Below, piece after piece: positions 19,264 to 29,176 of a stretch of 64,000 nt of DNA. Origin of the DNA: Patescibacteria group bacterium (GTDB lineage: Bacteria; Patescibacteriota; Patescibacteriia; Patescibacteriales; UBA12075); contig JAYENK010000029.1 in assembly GCA_034722035.1 (NCBI GenBank), forward strand, positions 5,739-69,738, read 5' to 3'. Position numbers and translations under genes: made by a program. The number at the start of each line of letters is the position of its first letter. The stretch's first letter is position 1. The notes under the pieces are model-generated. The model was not told the origin of the DNA. It worked only from the letters and a program-made list of their open reading frames with translations, and did not search any database.

Positions 19264-20538
19264 ATGATTATAGATAAATTAATTCAAATCTGGCGCGCAA
19301 AAGATCTTCGAAATAGCCTTCTATTTGTTTTGGCTATGTTGGTTATTTTTCGTATTGCCGCCCATATTCCGGTTCCAGGCGTTGACACAGTCGCTTTGGA
19401 AGATTTTTTTGGCAACAATCAAATTCTGGGGCTACTTAATATGTTTTCCGGTGGCAGTATGCAGAATTTTTCAATTGTAATGATGGGAATTGCTCCTTAT
19501 ATTACAGCTTCTATTATTTTTCAGCTTCTTGGAATGATTATTCCAAAACTGGAAAAAATGCAAAAAGAAGAAGCCGGACGGCAAAAAATAAATATGTGGA
19601 CACGTTGGTTGACTGTGCCAATGGCAATGATGCAGGCTTTTGGCATGATTACCTTGCTTAGCCGTTCCGGTACAAATATTTTAGCTGATGTAGGCGGGTT
19701 TGACGTTGTCAGTATGTTAATAATTATTACTGCTGGTACAATATTCTTGATGTGGATTGGCGAACTTATTACCGAGAAGAAGGTGGGAAACGGCATCTCC
19801 CTTTTGATTTTTGCCGGTATTGTGGCCGGTTTACCTCAGGCCGCACAGCAAATATTTGTCACTTTCGACCAATCTCAATTATTTATGATGATTGGTTTTA
19901 TTGCGATTGCGATAATAACCATTGTGGGCGTGGTTGTAATCACCGAAGCACAGCGTAATGTTCCGGTGCAATATGCCAAACAAATTCGAGGCAACCGTAT
20001 GTATGGTGGCACTAGTAGTCATTTGCCCCTCAGAGTAAATATGGCCGGAGTTATTCCGATTATTTTCGCTATTTCAGTAGTGCTTTTTCCAAGTATGATT
20101 GCACAATTTTTTATACAAGCAAAAACCGCCTGGATTGCTTTTGCAGCTGAATGGGTGATTGCAATGTTTAATAATCAGCTTTTTTACGGTGTATCTTATT
20201 TTATTTTGGTTTTTGCTTTTACTTTCTTTTATACAGAAGTGATTTTTCATCCGACTCAGATTGCCGAAAATTTGCAAAAACAGGGCGGATTTATTCCCGG
20301 AATTAGGCCGGGAAAAAATACTAGTGAATATTTAGCTAACACTACACATAAAATTATATTAGTCGGTGCTTTATTTTTGGGGATTATCGCAATTTTGCCG
20401 TTAATTTTAAAAGCAATTACCAACATGCAAGCTTTAGCCTTAGGAGGAACCAGCTTGCTAATCGTAGTAGCGGTTGTTATTGAAACTGTTAAACAGATTG
20501 AATCACAGCTCACCATGAGAGAATACGACGGTGCTTAA
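19264..20538 (+). CDS. secY: Preprotein translocase subunit SecY
   Basis: HIPVPG, GIAPYITASII, GNGISLLIF, AGVIPIIFA, IPGIRPG, GGTSLLIVV. Confidence 0.98.
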   Translation: MIIDKLIQIWRAKDLRNSLLFVLAMLVIFRIAAHIPVPGVDTVALEDFFGNNQILGLLNMFSGGSMQNFSIVMMGIAPYITASIIFQLLGMIIPKLEKMQKEEAGRQKINMWTRWLTVPMAMMQAFGMITLLSRSGTNILADVGGFDVVSMLIIITAGTIFLMWIGELITEKKVGNGISLLIFAGIVAGLPQAAQQIFVTFDQSQLFMMIGFIAIAIITIVGVVVITEAQRNVPVQYAKQIRGNRMYGGTSSHLPLRVNMAGVIPIIFAISVVLFPSMIAQFFIQAKTAWIAFAAEWVIAMFNNQLFYGVSYFILVFAFTFFYTEVIFHPTQIAENLQKQGGFIPGIRPGKNTSEYLANTTHKIILVGALFLGIIAILPLILKAITNMQALALGGTSLLIVVAVVIETVKQIESQLTMREYDGA

Positions 20539-20566
20539 TTTTTTTATTTTTTATTACAGTATATAT

Positions 20567-20598
20567 AAAAAAAATCAGACATATTCTGGTTTTTTTTT
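20567..20598 (+). terminator. Intrinsic terminator after secY
   Basis: A-tract, ATCAGA/TCTGGT stem, long T-tract. Confidence 0.6.
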
Positions 20599-20627
20599 AT
20601 GTTTAATTGTGTTATAATATATAATAT

Positions 20628-22370
20628 ATGGAGCCTTTAATCAAGACGCAAAATTTAAATTTTACTTATAATGCCGGTAAAGATAATGAATATCAGGCGC
20701 TTATTAATATTAATCTTGAAATTTATCCTGAAGAATTAATTGTAGTTTTTGGTCCTTCCGGTTGTGGAAAGTCGACCTTGCTTAATCTTATTGCCGGCCT
20801 GGAAAGGCCGGAGGCAAATACGATGTATATTTTAGGTAAAGATATGCATAGTATGACCAAAAATGATTTTGCCATGTATCATCGCACACAGATAGGAATG
20901 ATTTATCAGCAATATAATTTAATTACCAGTTTGACGGTACTCGAAAACGTGGCTTTGCCTCAGGTGTTTATTAACGTAAATAAAGGCAAGCGCAATACAT
21001 GGTCGCGGTCGCTCTTGGAGCGTTTTGGTATATTGAAACAAGCTAAAAAAATACCGTCTGAATTGTCCGGTGGACAACAACAGCGGATTGGCATTGCCCG
21101 TTCGATCGTAAATAACCCTGATATAATTTTGGCAGATGAGCCGGTTGGTAATCTTGATTCAGTGTCAGCTAAAAATGTGTTGACGATTTTAGAAAAATTA
21201 AACGAAAAAGAAAAGAAAACTGTTATTTTAGTGACACATAATCCGGAATTTTTGGTGTACGGTGATCGCTTGTTTTATATGAAAGATGGAGTTATTACCC
21301 GAGAAGTGATAAACAAGGATCGTAAGAAAAGAGAAAGAGCCAAAGTTCTTCCCAAATCAACCGCCTCCGAAATAAATGATTTAATGCGCGCATATCACGG
21401 ACTTACTCCGGAGCAAATTAATATTTTAATTATGCCGTATAAGGCTAAAGCATTTGCGCATCATTTTGTTTCAAGCAGGAGTATGGAAGAGACAAAGATA
21501 CTTGAAGACGTGATCCAGCGTCGTTTGCTTGGCACGATTTCGCAGGAAGATTTTTTTGAAATATTAAAAAAGAGCATAACTGAGGGCGGAGTCGGTTTTG
21601 ACGTGCGTACGGCCGAGAAAATTTTACGCCGGGTTAATCGAATTATTCGTACTGCTTATTATATTTATCAAAACGAAAGGGTGCAAGAAGACGATAACGG
21701 AAAAAATATTAAAATTAGCGATATCGAAAAGGCAAAAAAAGTTACTTGGTATCTTTTGAATTCTTGCTATTTTAAACATTATAAGAATTTGGAAGGAGCG
21801 CAGATGAATCGTTTGCAGGAAAGCGTCAAAGAAAGATTGGTCGGAATTTTGCAAAAGGATAATTTTTTTGAAAAAATAGATAAGCCGTTTAAGGACGGTG
21901 GAGTCGGTTTGAACGTCAAAACAGCTAAGGCAATGGCAGAGGAGTTGGAGCTCATTCTTATTCTTGGTTTTGGTGTTGTTCAGAAGACTAGCATAGAAGA
22001 AAAAAATAAAAAAATAGAAAAAAATAAAGCCGAAACAAATGATATAAACAAACATAATGAGTTTGACAATAAAAATTTAATTTCACAGGAAGCCTTGTCT
22101 GCTGTGACAGAAAATATTACAGCCCAGGTGGCGACAGATGACGGTAATTCGGCAAAATCAGAGCAATCAGAGGCAATGACATTGAGCGGAGAAGAGGTGG
22201 TTAAATTAGCTGAGTCGGGATTTGCTTTTGATGACAAAGACAAGAAAAAAGCTAAGCCAAGTACGGCTGATTTGCTTGAAAAAGAGTTAAAAAATACCGA
22301 AGAACTAACCAGGCAATCAAAAGAGAATTTAAAAGATATTCCAAAAATAAAAAATGAAAATAATGAATAA
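20628..22370 (+). CDS. LolD/MacB-type ABC ATPase with a ~350-aa C-terminal extension
   Basis: GPSGCGKST, LSGGQQQR, ILADEP, VTH; the extension has two GGVG-containing repeats. Confidence 0.9.
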   Translation: MEPLIKTQNLNFTYNAGKDNEYQALININLEIYPEELIVVFGPSGCGKSTLLNLIAGLERPEANTMYILGKDMHSMTKNDFAMYHRTQIGMIYQQYNLITSLTVLENVALPQVFINVNKGKRNTWSRSLLERFGILKQAKKIPSELSGGQQQRIGIARSIVNNPDIILADEPVGNLDSVSAKNVLTILEKLNEKEKKTVILVTHNPEFLVYGDRLFYMKDGVITREVINKDRKKRERAKVLPKSTASEINDLMRAYHGLTPEQINILIMPYKAKAFAHHFVSSRSMEETKILEDVIQRRLLGTISQEDFFEILKKSITEGGVGFDVRTAEKILRRVNRIIRTAYYIYQNERVQEDDNGKNIKISDIEKAKKVTWYLLNSCYFKHYKNLEGAQMNRLQESVKERLVGILQKDNFFEKIDKPFKDGGVGLNVKTAKAMAEELELILILGFGVVQKTSIEEKNKKIEKNKAETNDINKHNEFDNKNLISQEALSAVTENITAQVATDDGNSAKSEQSEAMTLSGEEVVKLAESGFAFDDKDKKKAKPSTADLLEKELKNTEELTRQSKENLKDIPKIKNENNE

Positions 22371-22373
22371 ATT

Positions 22374-23582
22374 ATGTTAGCTTCGGATATATTACGTTTG
22401 GCCACTAGAATGTTTCGAACCAACCGGTCTCGGACCGTTTTGACTATTCTTGGGATAAGCGTTGGTATTGGTACGATTTTGTTTTTGGTATCGCTTGGTT
22501 ATGGTATTCAGCAATTAATTTTGGATAGGATTACTACTTCTGACGCGCTCCTTAGTTTGGATGTTAGCACTGGAGATTTTGAAGCGCTTAAGCTTGATAA
22601 TGATTCGATTGAAGATATTTTTACAATTGAGAATGTAGACAAAGTTAGTCCGCTCGTCACTACGCAGGCGCAAATTACTATTAATGATATTTCATCAGAG
22701 CTTACGGCTAATTTCGCTGATCGTGAGTTTTTTCGTTTGGATGGAACGGTTTTAAAAAAAGGTGATTTTTATAGTGACAGCGAAGAGGATAAGAACAAGA
22801 TAATTTTATCATCTGCTTCTTTGCGTTTGTTTGATATTTCGGAAGAAGAGTTATTTACCAAGAAGTTAAAGTTTGTTTTTTTTACAGAGAGTAGTGAAGA
22901 AGGTAAGAATACAATTGTTCGTGATTTCATTGAGTCAGAGCTCGAGTTTGAGGTGGTGGGAATTGTAGAAGAAGAGAATTCCAACTATGTTTATTTACCT
23001 CGTAATTTAGGCGAAGAGCTTAATTTTAATAGATATTCAAAGCTTAAAGTAAAAGTTAAAAAAGAAGAACAGCTTAACGTGGTTCGAGATTCAATTATTG
23101 AAAAGGGCTATATCGTGAGCGCTTTGTCCGATATTATTGAGCAGGCCAATCAAGTATTCAAGGTGGTGCAAATAGTATTGGCTTCATTCGGTGTGGTTGC
23201 CTTGATTGTTTCTGCGATTGGAATGTTTAATACCATGACGATTGCATTGCTTGAGCGGACTCAGGAAATTGGCATTATGAAGGCGCTTGGAGCAACCAGT
23301 GTTGATGTTTGGAATTTGTTTTTGTCCGAATCGGTCATTATTGGTTTTCTGGGCGGGGTCGGAGGGATTTCGCTTGGATTACTGGGGGGAGAGGTTTTTA
23401 ATTATATGATTAATATTATGGCCGGAGCTTTTGGTGGAGAAAGTATCGATCTTTTCGCAACACCAATTTGGTTTATATTAACAATCATAATTTTTTCTAC
23501 CGTTGTCGGTCTGGCAACAGGATTTTATCCGGCCAGACGTGCCGCTAAAATTAGTGCAATGGAAGCGGTTCGCTACAAGTAG
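22374..23582 (+). CDS. MacB/FtsX-family ABC permease
   Basis: RTVLTILGISVG, periplasmic domain, ERTQEIGIMKALGA, YPARRAA. Confidence 0.92.
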   Translation: MLASDILRLATRMFRTNRSRTVLTILGISVGIGTILFLVSLGYGIQQLILDRITTSDALLSLDVSTGDFEALKLDNDSIEDIFTIENVDKVSPLVTTQAQITINDISSELTANFADREFFRLDGTVLKKGDFYSDSEEDKNKIILSSASLRLFDISEEELFTKKLKFVFFTESSEEGKNTIVRDFIESELEFEVVGIVEEENSNYVYLPRNLGEELNFNRYSKLKVKVKKEEQLNVVRDSIIEKGYIVSALSDIIEQANQVFKVVQIVLASFGVVALIVSAIGMFNTMTIALLERTQEIGIMKALGATSVDVWNLFLSESVIIGFLGGVGGISLGLLGGEVFNYMINIMAGAFGGESIDLFATPIWFILTIIIFSTVVGLATGFYPARRAAKISAMEAVRYK

Positions 23583-23584
23583 TC

Positions 23585-23617
23585 AATTAAAAATTAAGAA
23601 TTAAAAATTAAGAATTA
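23585..23617. repeat. Heptamer tandem repeat (AATTAAR)n, intergenic
   Basis: aattaaa aattaag aattaaa aattaag aatta. Confidence 0.85.
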
Positions 23618-23630
23618 CGGCTTCGCCCTT

Positions 23631-23670
23631 TGTCATCCCGGGCGTAGCGTAGCGAAGACCCGGGATCCAG
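23631..23670. repeat. GC-rich REP-like hairpin (TGTCATCCCG...CGGGATCCAG)
   Basis: ATCCCGGG/CCCGGGAT stem in an AT-rich intergenic region. Confidence 0.55.
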
Positions 23671-23739
23671 GGAAGAGCAGTAGGAATTATGAAAATAGTA
23701 TTGAGTATTTAAAATCAATTAATTTAAGTTTATAAAAAT

Positions 23740-24135
23740 ATGTTAGACAAAAAAGAAGTAAATCAAATTGAATTTAATGGAACAGAATCAGTTAAAAGTT
23801 TTGTTAAAAAGTATAAAAAAGAGTTTAGAAAAGTTTTTTCAAAAGAATTTAAAACACTTGATGGTGAACAAGTTGATTTTTTCGAACTTTTGGACAGAGT
23901 GATTGATGAAGCTAGAAATAGTGGGATTGATGGTAATAAAATTTATAGAATTTTCAAAAAAGATTTTAAGTTGGATTATAAAGATATGGATAAAGTTTTG
24001 TCAGTACTTCAAGAAAAATTAATGCCAGAAGGTGAAGAGAAAAAAAATGCCGATGAAAAACTAGCTAAGCGGCAAGAACACATCAGACAAATTATGGCAA
24101 TGATTCAGGCTGAGCAAGCTAAGTCTAATAATTAG
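23740..24135 (+). CDS. Hypothetical protein
   Basis: 131-aa charged ORF in line with its neighbours; no recognisable motif. Confidence 0.7.
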   Translation: MLDKKEVNQIEFNGTESVKSFVKKYKKEFRKVFSKEFKTLDGEQVDFFELLDRVIDEARNSGIDGNKIYRIFKKDFKLDYKDMDKVLSVLQEKLMPEGEEKKNADEKLAKRQEHIRQIMAMIQAEQAKSNN

Positions 24136-24143
24136 AGTTTTAT

Positions 24144-25334
24144 ATGGGGAACAGTATAAAAAATTTAGTCTTTGGCGGTGGTTCTAAGCCAAAAAAAAGC
24201 GCAGCCTCAAAGCTTGTTTTTGGTGATAAAGCTAAGCCCCCAAAAAGCAAGTTTTCTTCTTTGGTTTTTGGTAGTAAGAAAAAAACAGAAAGAACAGGAG
24301 CATCGGCTTTAGTTTTCGGAGACAGCAAAAAGCCACAGCGAACCGGCTGGGCTGCTTTGGCTTTTGGCACAGGTAAAAGCACTAAATATGAGCCGGATGA
24401 TTATGTGAGTGCACAATCGATGCGACCAAAACGACGTTTAAGCAGAGGGGATTATATTGAAGGTAAAAGTCTTCATAAAAGAGTAAGAGATTATAACAGA
24501 AAACATGCTGTTTCTGCTAAAGTTAGAGTTGAGGGAGAAAAGAATTTTAAAAATATAAAAATAAAAGATGGGAAATTGGGTGATATAATGAAGAGCGTGG
24601 TGAAAGAAGAAAGGTTTGTTGGCCGAACAGAAAGCAGTGCGGCCAATAAAATAGCAAATAAAAGAATAAAATATCGAGATAAAGAAGGTAATTTGACCGA
24701 GATTAAATTGGACCGAGCCACTAGAAGAAAACTAGCTAAAATGGCAACAGTTAGAGACTTTGAAAAGCCAAGCGAAGAAATACCGCAAGAAGTTAAAGCA
24801 GCTCGAATTGCCGCTTCTCGCGCTACTGCCGGTATTGCCAGTGAAAGGAGTGGAGACAGGAGTGACCCGCGCGCGAGACTTAGTAAAAATAAAGGTAGGG
24901 CGAGCGATATTGGCGCCAAAACCGTTGAAGAGGTTTCAAAAAAAACCGGGTTTGCACAATTAAGTAAAAGTGACAAAACAAGCGCTGGTTCGGATAAACA
25001 ACATGGTACAGCTTCAATTGAGCAAAGCAAAGAAGCAAGTGGAGTTACGTCTGGTATGGGAGCGAATAAAGAAGTTGGCACAAACGATAGTAAAGTAGAC
25101 GCAGAGCCAAAAAGTAAAAGCAGTGGACAACCGGTCGTGATTAGCGGTGGAGCGGGGATGAGCGAGGCAAGTCATCACGATGATGCTAAAGCGCAAGAAG
25201 AAAGAGTTAACAGTAGTGATGATGAATTTTTTTATTCAGCTAGAAAGGATATGGCATCAAATCGAAATAAAGTTGATTTTGCAAAATTAGTCGAAGAAAG
25301 AAAGGCTATGGACAAAGAATCAATTAAAAATTGA
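24144..25334 (+). CDS. Hypothetical basic, low-complexity protein with five N-terminal LVFG repeats
   Basis: 396-aa ORF; ~16-aa repeats ending in L(V/A)FG. Confidence 0.75.
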   Translation: MGNSIKNLVFGGGSKPKKSAASKLVFGDKAKPPKSKFSSLVFGSKKKTERTGASALVFGDSKKPQRTGWAALAFGTGKSTKYEPDDYVSAQSMRPKRRLSRGDYIEGKSLHKRVRDYNRKHAVSAKVRVEGEKNFKNIKIKDGKLGDIMKSVVKEERFVGRTESSAANKIANKRIKYRDKEGNLTEIKLDRATRRKLAKMATVRDFEKPSEEIPQEVKAARIAASRATAGIASERSGDRSDPRARLSKNKGRASDIGAKTVEEVSKKTGFAQLSKSDKTSAGSDKQHGTASIEQSKEASGVTSGMGANKEVGTNDSKVDAEPKSKSSGQPVVISGGAGMSEASHHDDAKAQEERVNSSDDEFFYSARKDMASNRNKVDFAKLVEERKAMDKESIKN

Positions 25335-25349
25335 GAATTAAAAATTAAT
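25322..25349. repeat. Heptamer tandem repeat overlapping a stop codon
   Basis: aattaaa aattgag aattaaa aattaat; supplies the TGA at 25332-25334. Confidence 0.75.
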
Positions 25350-25380
25350 CTAGAGTATTTGGGAAAGAGTTAAATTTTTT

Positions 25381-26367
25381 ATGTTTATAGATATATTATT
25401 GTTTATATTGGGTTTTGTTTTTTTGGTGAAAGGAGCTGGTGTTTTGGTTGATGGGGCATCAGCGATCGCTAAGCATTTTGGTTTGTCGTCTTTTTTTATT
25501 GGGCTCACAATTGTTGCTTTTGGCACATCTCTACCTGAGTTAATTGTTTCGTTGATGGCGAGTTTACAGGGAAGTACCGGAATAGCGTTTGGTAATATTA
25601 TTGGTTCGAATATTTCTAATACTATTTTAATTCTTGGTGTTACGGCCATGGTGGCCCCGCTACTTGTAAAAAAGGCAACTATTAACAAAGAGCTTCCATT
25701 TTCTTTATTGGCAATTTTGGCGCTTGGCTTTTTAGTTAATGATATTTTTATTGATGGTAATGGTCCAGACGCTTTAACCCGAATTGATGGATTGATACTG
25801 CTTTTATTTTTTGCTATTTTTATTTTTTATACTTTTGGTATTAGTAAACCAAAGGAGAGCTTGGTCGAAAAAACAGTTGGCGATATTGGCAATGTTGACG
25901 ATGATGCAAACATGAAGAACACTAATGCAATCGGCATGATTATTGCCGGTTTGGCCGGTCTTTATCTTGGTGGTCGCTGGATTGTTAGTGGTGGTATTTC
26001 TTTTGCCGAGTTTTTTGGAGTTTCTGAGGCTTTAATCGGTTTGACTTTGGTCGCGATTGGCACTTCTTTGCCTGAATTAGTAACATCGGTTGTAGCGGCG
26101 CGTAAAGGCAAAACCGATATTGCGGTTGGTAATATTGTCGGATCAAATGTTTTTAATTTATTATGGGTACTTGGTTTATCTGCGTTATTTAGTCCGATAG
26201 CCTTTGATTTTTATTTGAATGTTGATTTGATTATTTTATTTATTGCCACAATTATATTAATTATTTTGACATATCTTGAAAAAAAGAATATATTATCTAA
26301 GAAAGAAGGAACTGTTTTAGTTTTGTTTTACTTTTTTTATATGGCATTTTTATTTTATCGGGGTTGA
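25381..26367 (+). CDS. Calcium/sodium antiporter (YrbG-like, CaCA family)
   Basis: Two alpha repeats GTSLPEL, plus GNIIGSN and GNIVGSN. Confidence 0.93.
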   Translation: MFIDILLFILGFVFLVKGAGVLVDGASAIAKHFGLSSFFIGLTIVAFGTSLPELIVSLMASLQGSTGIAFGNIIGSNISNTILILGVTAMVAPLLVKKATINKELPFSLLAILALGFLVNDIFIDGNGPDALTRIDGLILLLFFAIFIFYTFGISKPKESLVEKTVGDIGNVDDDANMKNTNAIGMIIAGLAGLYLGGRWIVSGGISFAEFFGVSEALIGLTLVAIGTSLPELVTSVVAARKGKTDIAVGNIVGSNVFNLLWVLGLSALFSPIAFDFYLNVDLIILFIATIILIILTYLEKKNILSKKEGTVLVLFYFFYMAFLFYRG

Positions 26368-26407
26368 TTTGTTATTTTTAAAAATATTTGTTAATATCAA
26401 TGTAAAT

Positions 26408-27226
26408 ATGATTAGAATAAAAACTAAAGAAGAATTAATAATTATTAGAAATGGTGGTAGAAAATTAGCCACTATTTTAAATGAGGTAATTAAAATGGTT
26501 GCGATTGGAGTAAATACGGTCGATTTAGAAGCGCATGCTCTTCTTCGCATGAAAGAAGAGGGGGGTAAGCCGGCTTTTAAGGGTTACTTAATGCCGGATG
26601 GACGCGCTTTTCCCTCAGCCCTGATAACTTGTCTTAATAATGAGGTGGTGCACGCACCGGCTGTACCAGGAAGAATATTAAAAGACGGAGATATAATCAA
26701 AATCGATGTTGGTTTTATTTATCCAGTTCCTAATGAAGCAAATACGCGTAATAATTATCATGAGTCTGGTGGATATTTTACGGATATGAGCAAGACCGTG
26801 ATTGTCGGCCAAGTAGATGAAAAAGTTCAAAAATTAGTTGATACAACCAAAGAAAGTCTTTATGCGGGGGTTGATCGGGTCAAGCCGGGCAATACTTTAA
26901 ATGATATTGGCACTGCGATCCAGAAACATGTGGAAATGCGAGGTTTTTCGGTGGTGCGGGAATTAGTCGGACATGGCGTTGGACACGAATTGCATGAAGC
27001 GCCGCAAGTACCGCATTATGCGATTAAAGGCATGGAGTTTCGTAATGTAAAATTAAAATCAGGTATGGTAATTGCGATTGAACCAATGGTAAATATTGGA
27101 GATTGGCCGGTTAAAACAGGGGCAAACGGTTTTACCATTGAAACCAAAGACGGGAGCTTAAGCGCGCATTTTGAGCATAGTGTTGCGGTTACGGATGATG
27201 GATTTTTGATTTTGACCGAAGTTTAA
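26408..27226 (+). CDS. map: Type I methionine aminopeptidase
   Basis: NNEVVH, GDIIKIDVG, GHGVG, HEAPQVP, AIEPM, SAHFEHS; start moved to ATG at 26408. Confidence 0.95.
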   Translation: MIRIKTKEELIIIRNGGRKLATILNEVIKMVAIGVNTVDLEAHALLRMKEEGGKPAFKGYLMPDGRAFPSALITCLNNEVVHAPAVPGRILKDGDIIKIDVGFIYPVPNEANTRNNYHESGGYFTDMSKTVIVGQVDEKVQKLVDTTKESLYAGVDRVKPGNTLNDIGTAIQKHVEMRGFSVVRELVGHGVGHELHEAPQVPHYAIKGMEFRNVKLKSGMVIAIEPMVNIGDWPVKTGANGFTIETKDGSLSAHFEHSVAVTDDGFLILTEV

Positions 27227-27262
27227 AGATAAAGTAATTTAATAGAAATTAATAATAAAATT

Positions 27263-28210
27263 ATGACAACAAAACAAATATATAAGTTAGCGGTGGAGAT
27301 GGGGATGAAAGCTGATCTTCGCGGGCTGGCGAGTACAAAGAAGTATTTGGCAAAAACCAAAGAGGTTTATGAAAAATTAGATGATGAGGCTAAGGGGGAA
27401 TTTGATCAGGAAAAATTTGTAAATCCTTATTCAGATACCAGGATATTGCTTGATAATAATAAAAAAGAGATTAAAAAAGTTTTGGCTGGAATTGATATGG
27501 AGGGGCCGGAGCTTATGTTGGCCAAAGATATGGGGGATGTTGATCTTGTGATTTCGCATCATCCCGCAGGAAAAGCTTTGGCTGATTTGCATTCGGTGAT
27601 GGATTTGCAGGCGCAAGTTTTGGCGGGATACGGTGTGCCGATTAATATTGCCGAATCAGTAATGCGTCCCCGCATCTCTGAAGTTGGTCGCGGTGTTTCA
27701 CCGGCGAACCATAATCGGGCGGTTGACATTGCCCGTGTTCTTAAAATGGATTATATGTGTACGCATACAGTAGCAGATAATTTGGGCGCAAATTTTTTAA
27801 GCACATTAATTAAAAGAAAAAAACCGGAATTTGTCGGAGATTTAATCAAGATTATAAAAACTATTCCAGAGTACAAAGAATCTATTAAAATAAACGCCGG
27901 ACCGAAAATATTCGTTGGTAAAAGCGAAAATTCTTGTGGTAAAATCGTTATTACCGAGTTTACCGGCGGTACTAGCGGTGCTAAGGAAATTTATGAAAAA
28001 ATGGCTCAAGTCGGTATTGGTACAATCGTTGGTATGCACATGGGAGAGGAGCATCGAAAAGAAGCAGAAAAATACCATTTAAATGTCGTTATTGCCGGGC
28101 ACATGGCTAGCGATTCTCTGGGAATGAATTTGTTTTTGGACGAACTTCTACAAAAAAAAGTTAAAGTTGAGGTAATTTCGGGTTTAATTCGAGTGAAAAG
28201 AAAAAAATGA
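27263..28210 (+). CDS. NIF3-like (NGG1p-interacting factor) metal-binding protein
   Basis: NPYSDTR, AGIDM, ISHHP, HTVADN, AGHMASDSLG. Confidence 0.8.
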   Translation: MTTKQIYKLAVEMGMKADLRGLASTKKYLAKTKEVYEKLDDEAKGEFDQEKFVNPYSDTRILLDNNKKEIKKVLAGIDMEGPELMLAKDMGDVDLVISHHPAGKALADLHSVMDLQAQVLAGYGVPINIAESVMRPRISEVGRGVSPANHNRAVDIARVLKMDYMCTHTVADNLGANFLSTLIKRKKPEFVGDLIKIIKTIPEYKESIKINAGPKIFVGKSENSCGKIVITEFTGGTSGAKEIYEKMAQVGIGTIVGMHMGEEHRKEAEKYHLNVVIAGHMASDSLGMNLFLDELLQKKVKVEVISGLIRVKRKK

Positions 28211-28274
28211 CAAATAAAGTAAAAAGTAGTATAATATCAATATAAATTGAAATATTATAATTTAAAATAAAACT

Positions 28275-29099
28275 ATGCATAAAGCAAAAATATTAATAAT
28301 AGAAGATGAAGAGGTTTTGGTTCAAGTAATATCAGCGAAGCTGAATAAGGTCGGATACAGCGTTGAAATTGCGGTAAATGGGGAAGAAGGGTTAAAAAAA
28401 ATTAACGATTATCAGCCGGATTTGATTTTATTGGACATTGTAATGCCAAAAGTAAATGGCTATGAAGTACTTGAGCAAATGCAAAAAGAAGGTATTAAAA
28501 TTCCGGTGATAATTATTTCTAATTCTGGGCAAGCGGTTGAAATTGAAAAAGCAGAGACCTTGGGTGCGGTCGATTTTTTGGTCAAAGCCAATTTTAGTCC
28601 GGAAGAAGTTTTGACTAAAGTAAAAAATTATTTAACACAAGCTTTAAATGCAGGCCAGCTAGAAAGTAAAACGGAAAAAAAAAGCGAAATTAAGCCGGAA
28701 ATAAATAAGGAAGTGCAACAATTGGGTGTAAAAATATTTTTAGTAGAGGATGATTCATTTTTGAGTGATATTTGCGGCAAAAAATTAATTAATGAAGGAT
28801 ATTCGGTTTACACGGCAGTCGATGGCAAAGAAGCAGTCAACGGCATTGCGCAAGCCAAACCAGACTTGGTTTTGTTGGATATTATTTTGCCGTCAATGGA
28901 CGGTTTTCAGGTGCTTTCGGCTATTCGGTTGAATCAAGACGAAAAAGTTTCTAATGTACCTATAATAATGCTTTCTAATCTGGGACAAGAAGAAGATGTA
29001 AAAAAAGCTATGGATGCAGGCGCCAACGACTATCTAATAAAAGCGCATTTTACAACCGAAGATATTATCAATAAAATAAAAGAGATATTAGCCAAATAG
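28275..29099 (+). CDS. Tandem REC-REC response regulator with no output domain
   Basis: Two receiver domains (LLDIVMP and LLDIILP), each with the conserved Lys. Confidence 0.9.
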   Translation: MHKAKILIIEDEEVLVQVISAKLNKVGYSVEIAVNGEEGLKKINDYQPDLILLDIVMPKVNGYEVLEQMQKEGIKIPVIIISNSGQAVEIEKAETLGAVDFLVKANFSPEEVLTKVKNYLTQALNAGQLESKTEKKSEIKPEINKEVQQLGVKIFLVEDDSFLSDICGKKLINEGYSVYTAVDGKEAVNGIAQAKPDLVLLDIILPSMDGFQVLSAIRLNQDEKVSNVPIIMLSNLGQEEDVKKAMDAGANDYLIKAHFTTEDIINKIKEILAK

Positions 29100-29117
29100 T
29101 ATTTTGGATAATATTGA

Positions 29118-29153
29118 AAAAATAACAGGTATAAGTTGGTATACTTGTTTTTT
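29118..29153 (+). terminator. Intrinsic terminator
   Basis: ACAGGTATA/TATACTTGT stem followed by a T-tract. Confidence 0.55.
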
Positions 29154-29176
29154 TATTTTGTGGTATAATATATTTA

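Noticed and set aside
23585-23670. Heptamer arrays or REP-like words as a CRISPR array
   Set aside because: No repeat-spacer alternation, units are too short, and no cas genes are present.
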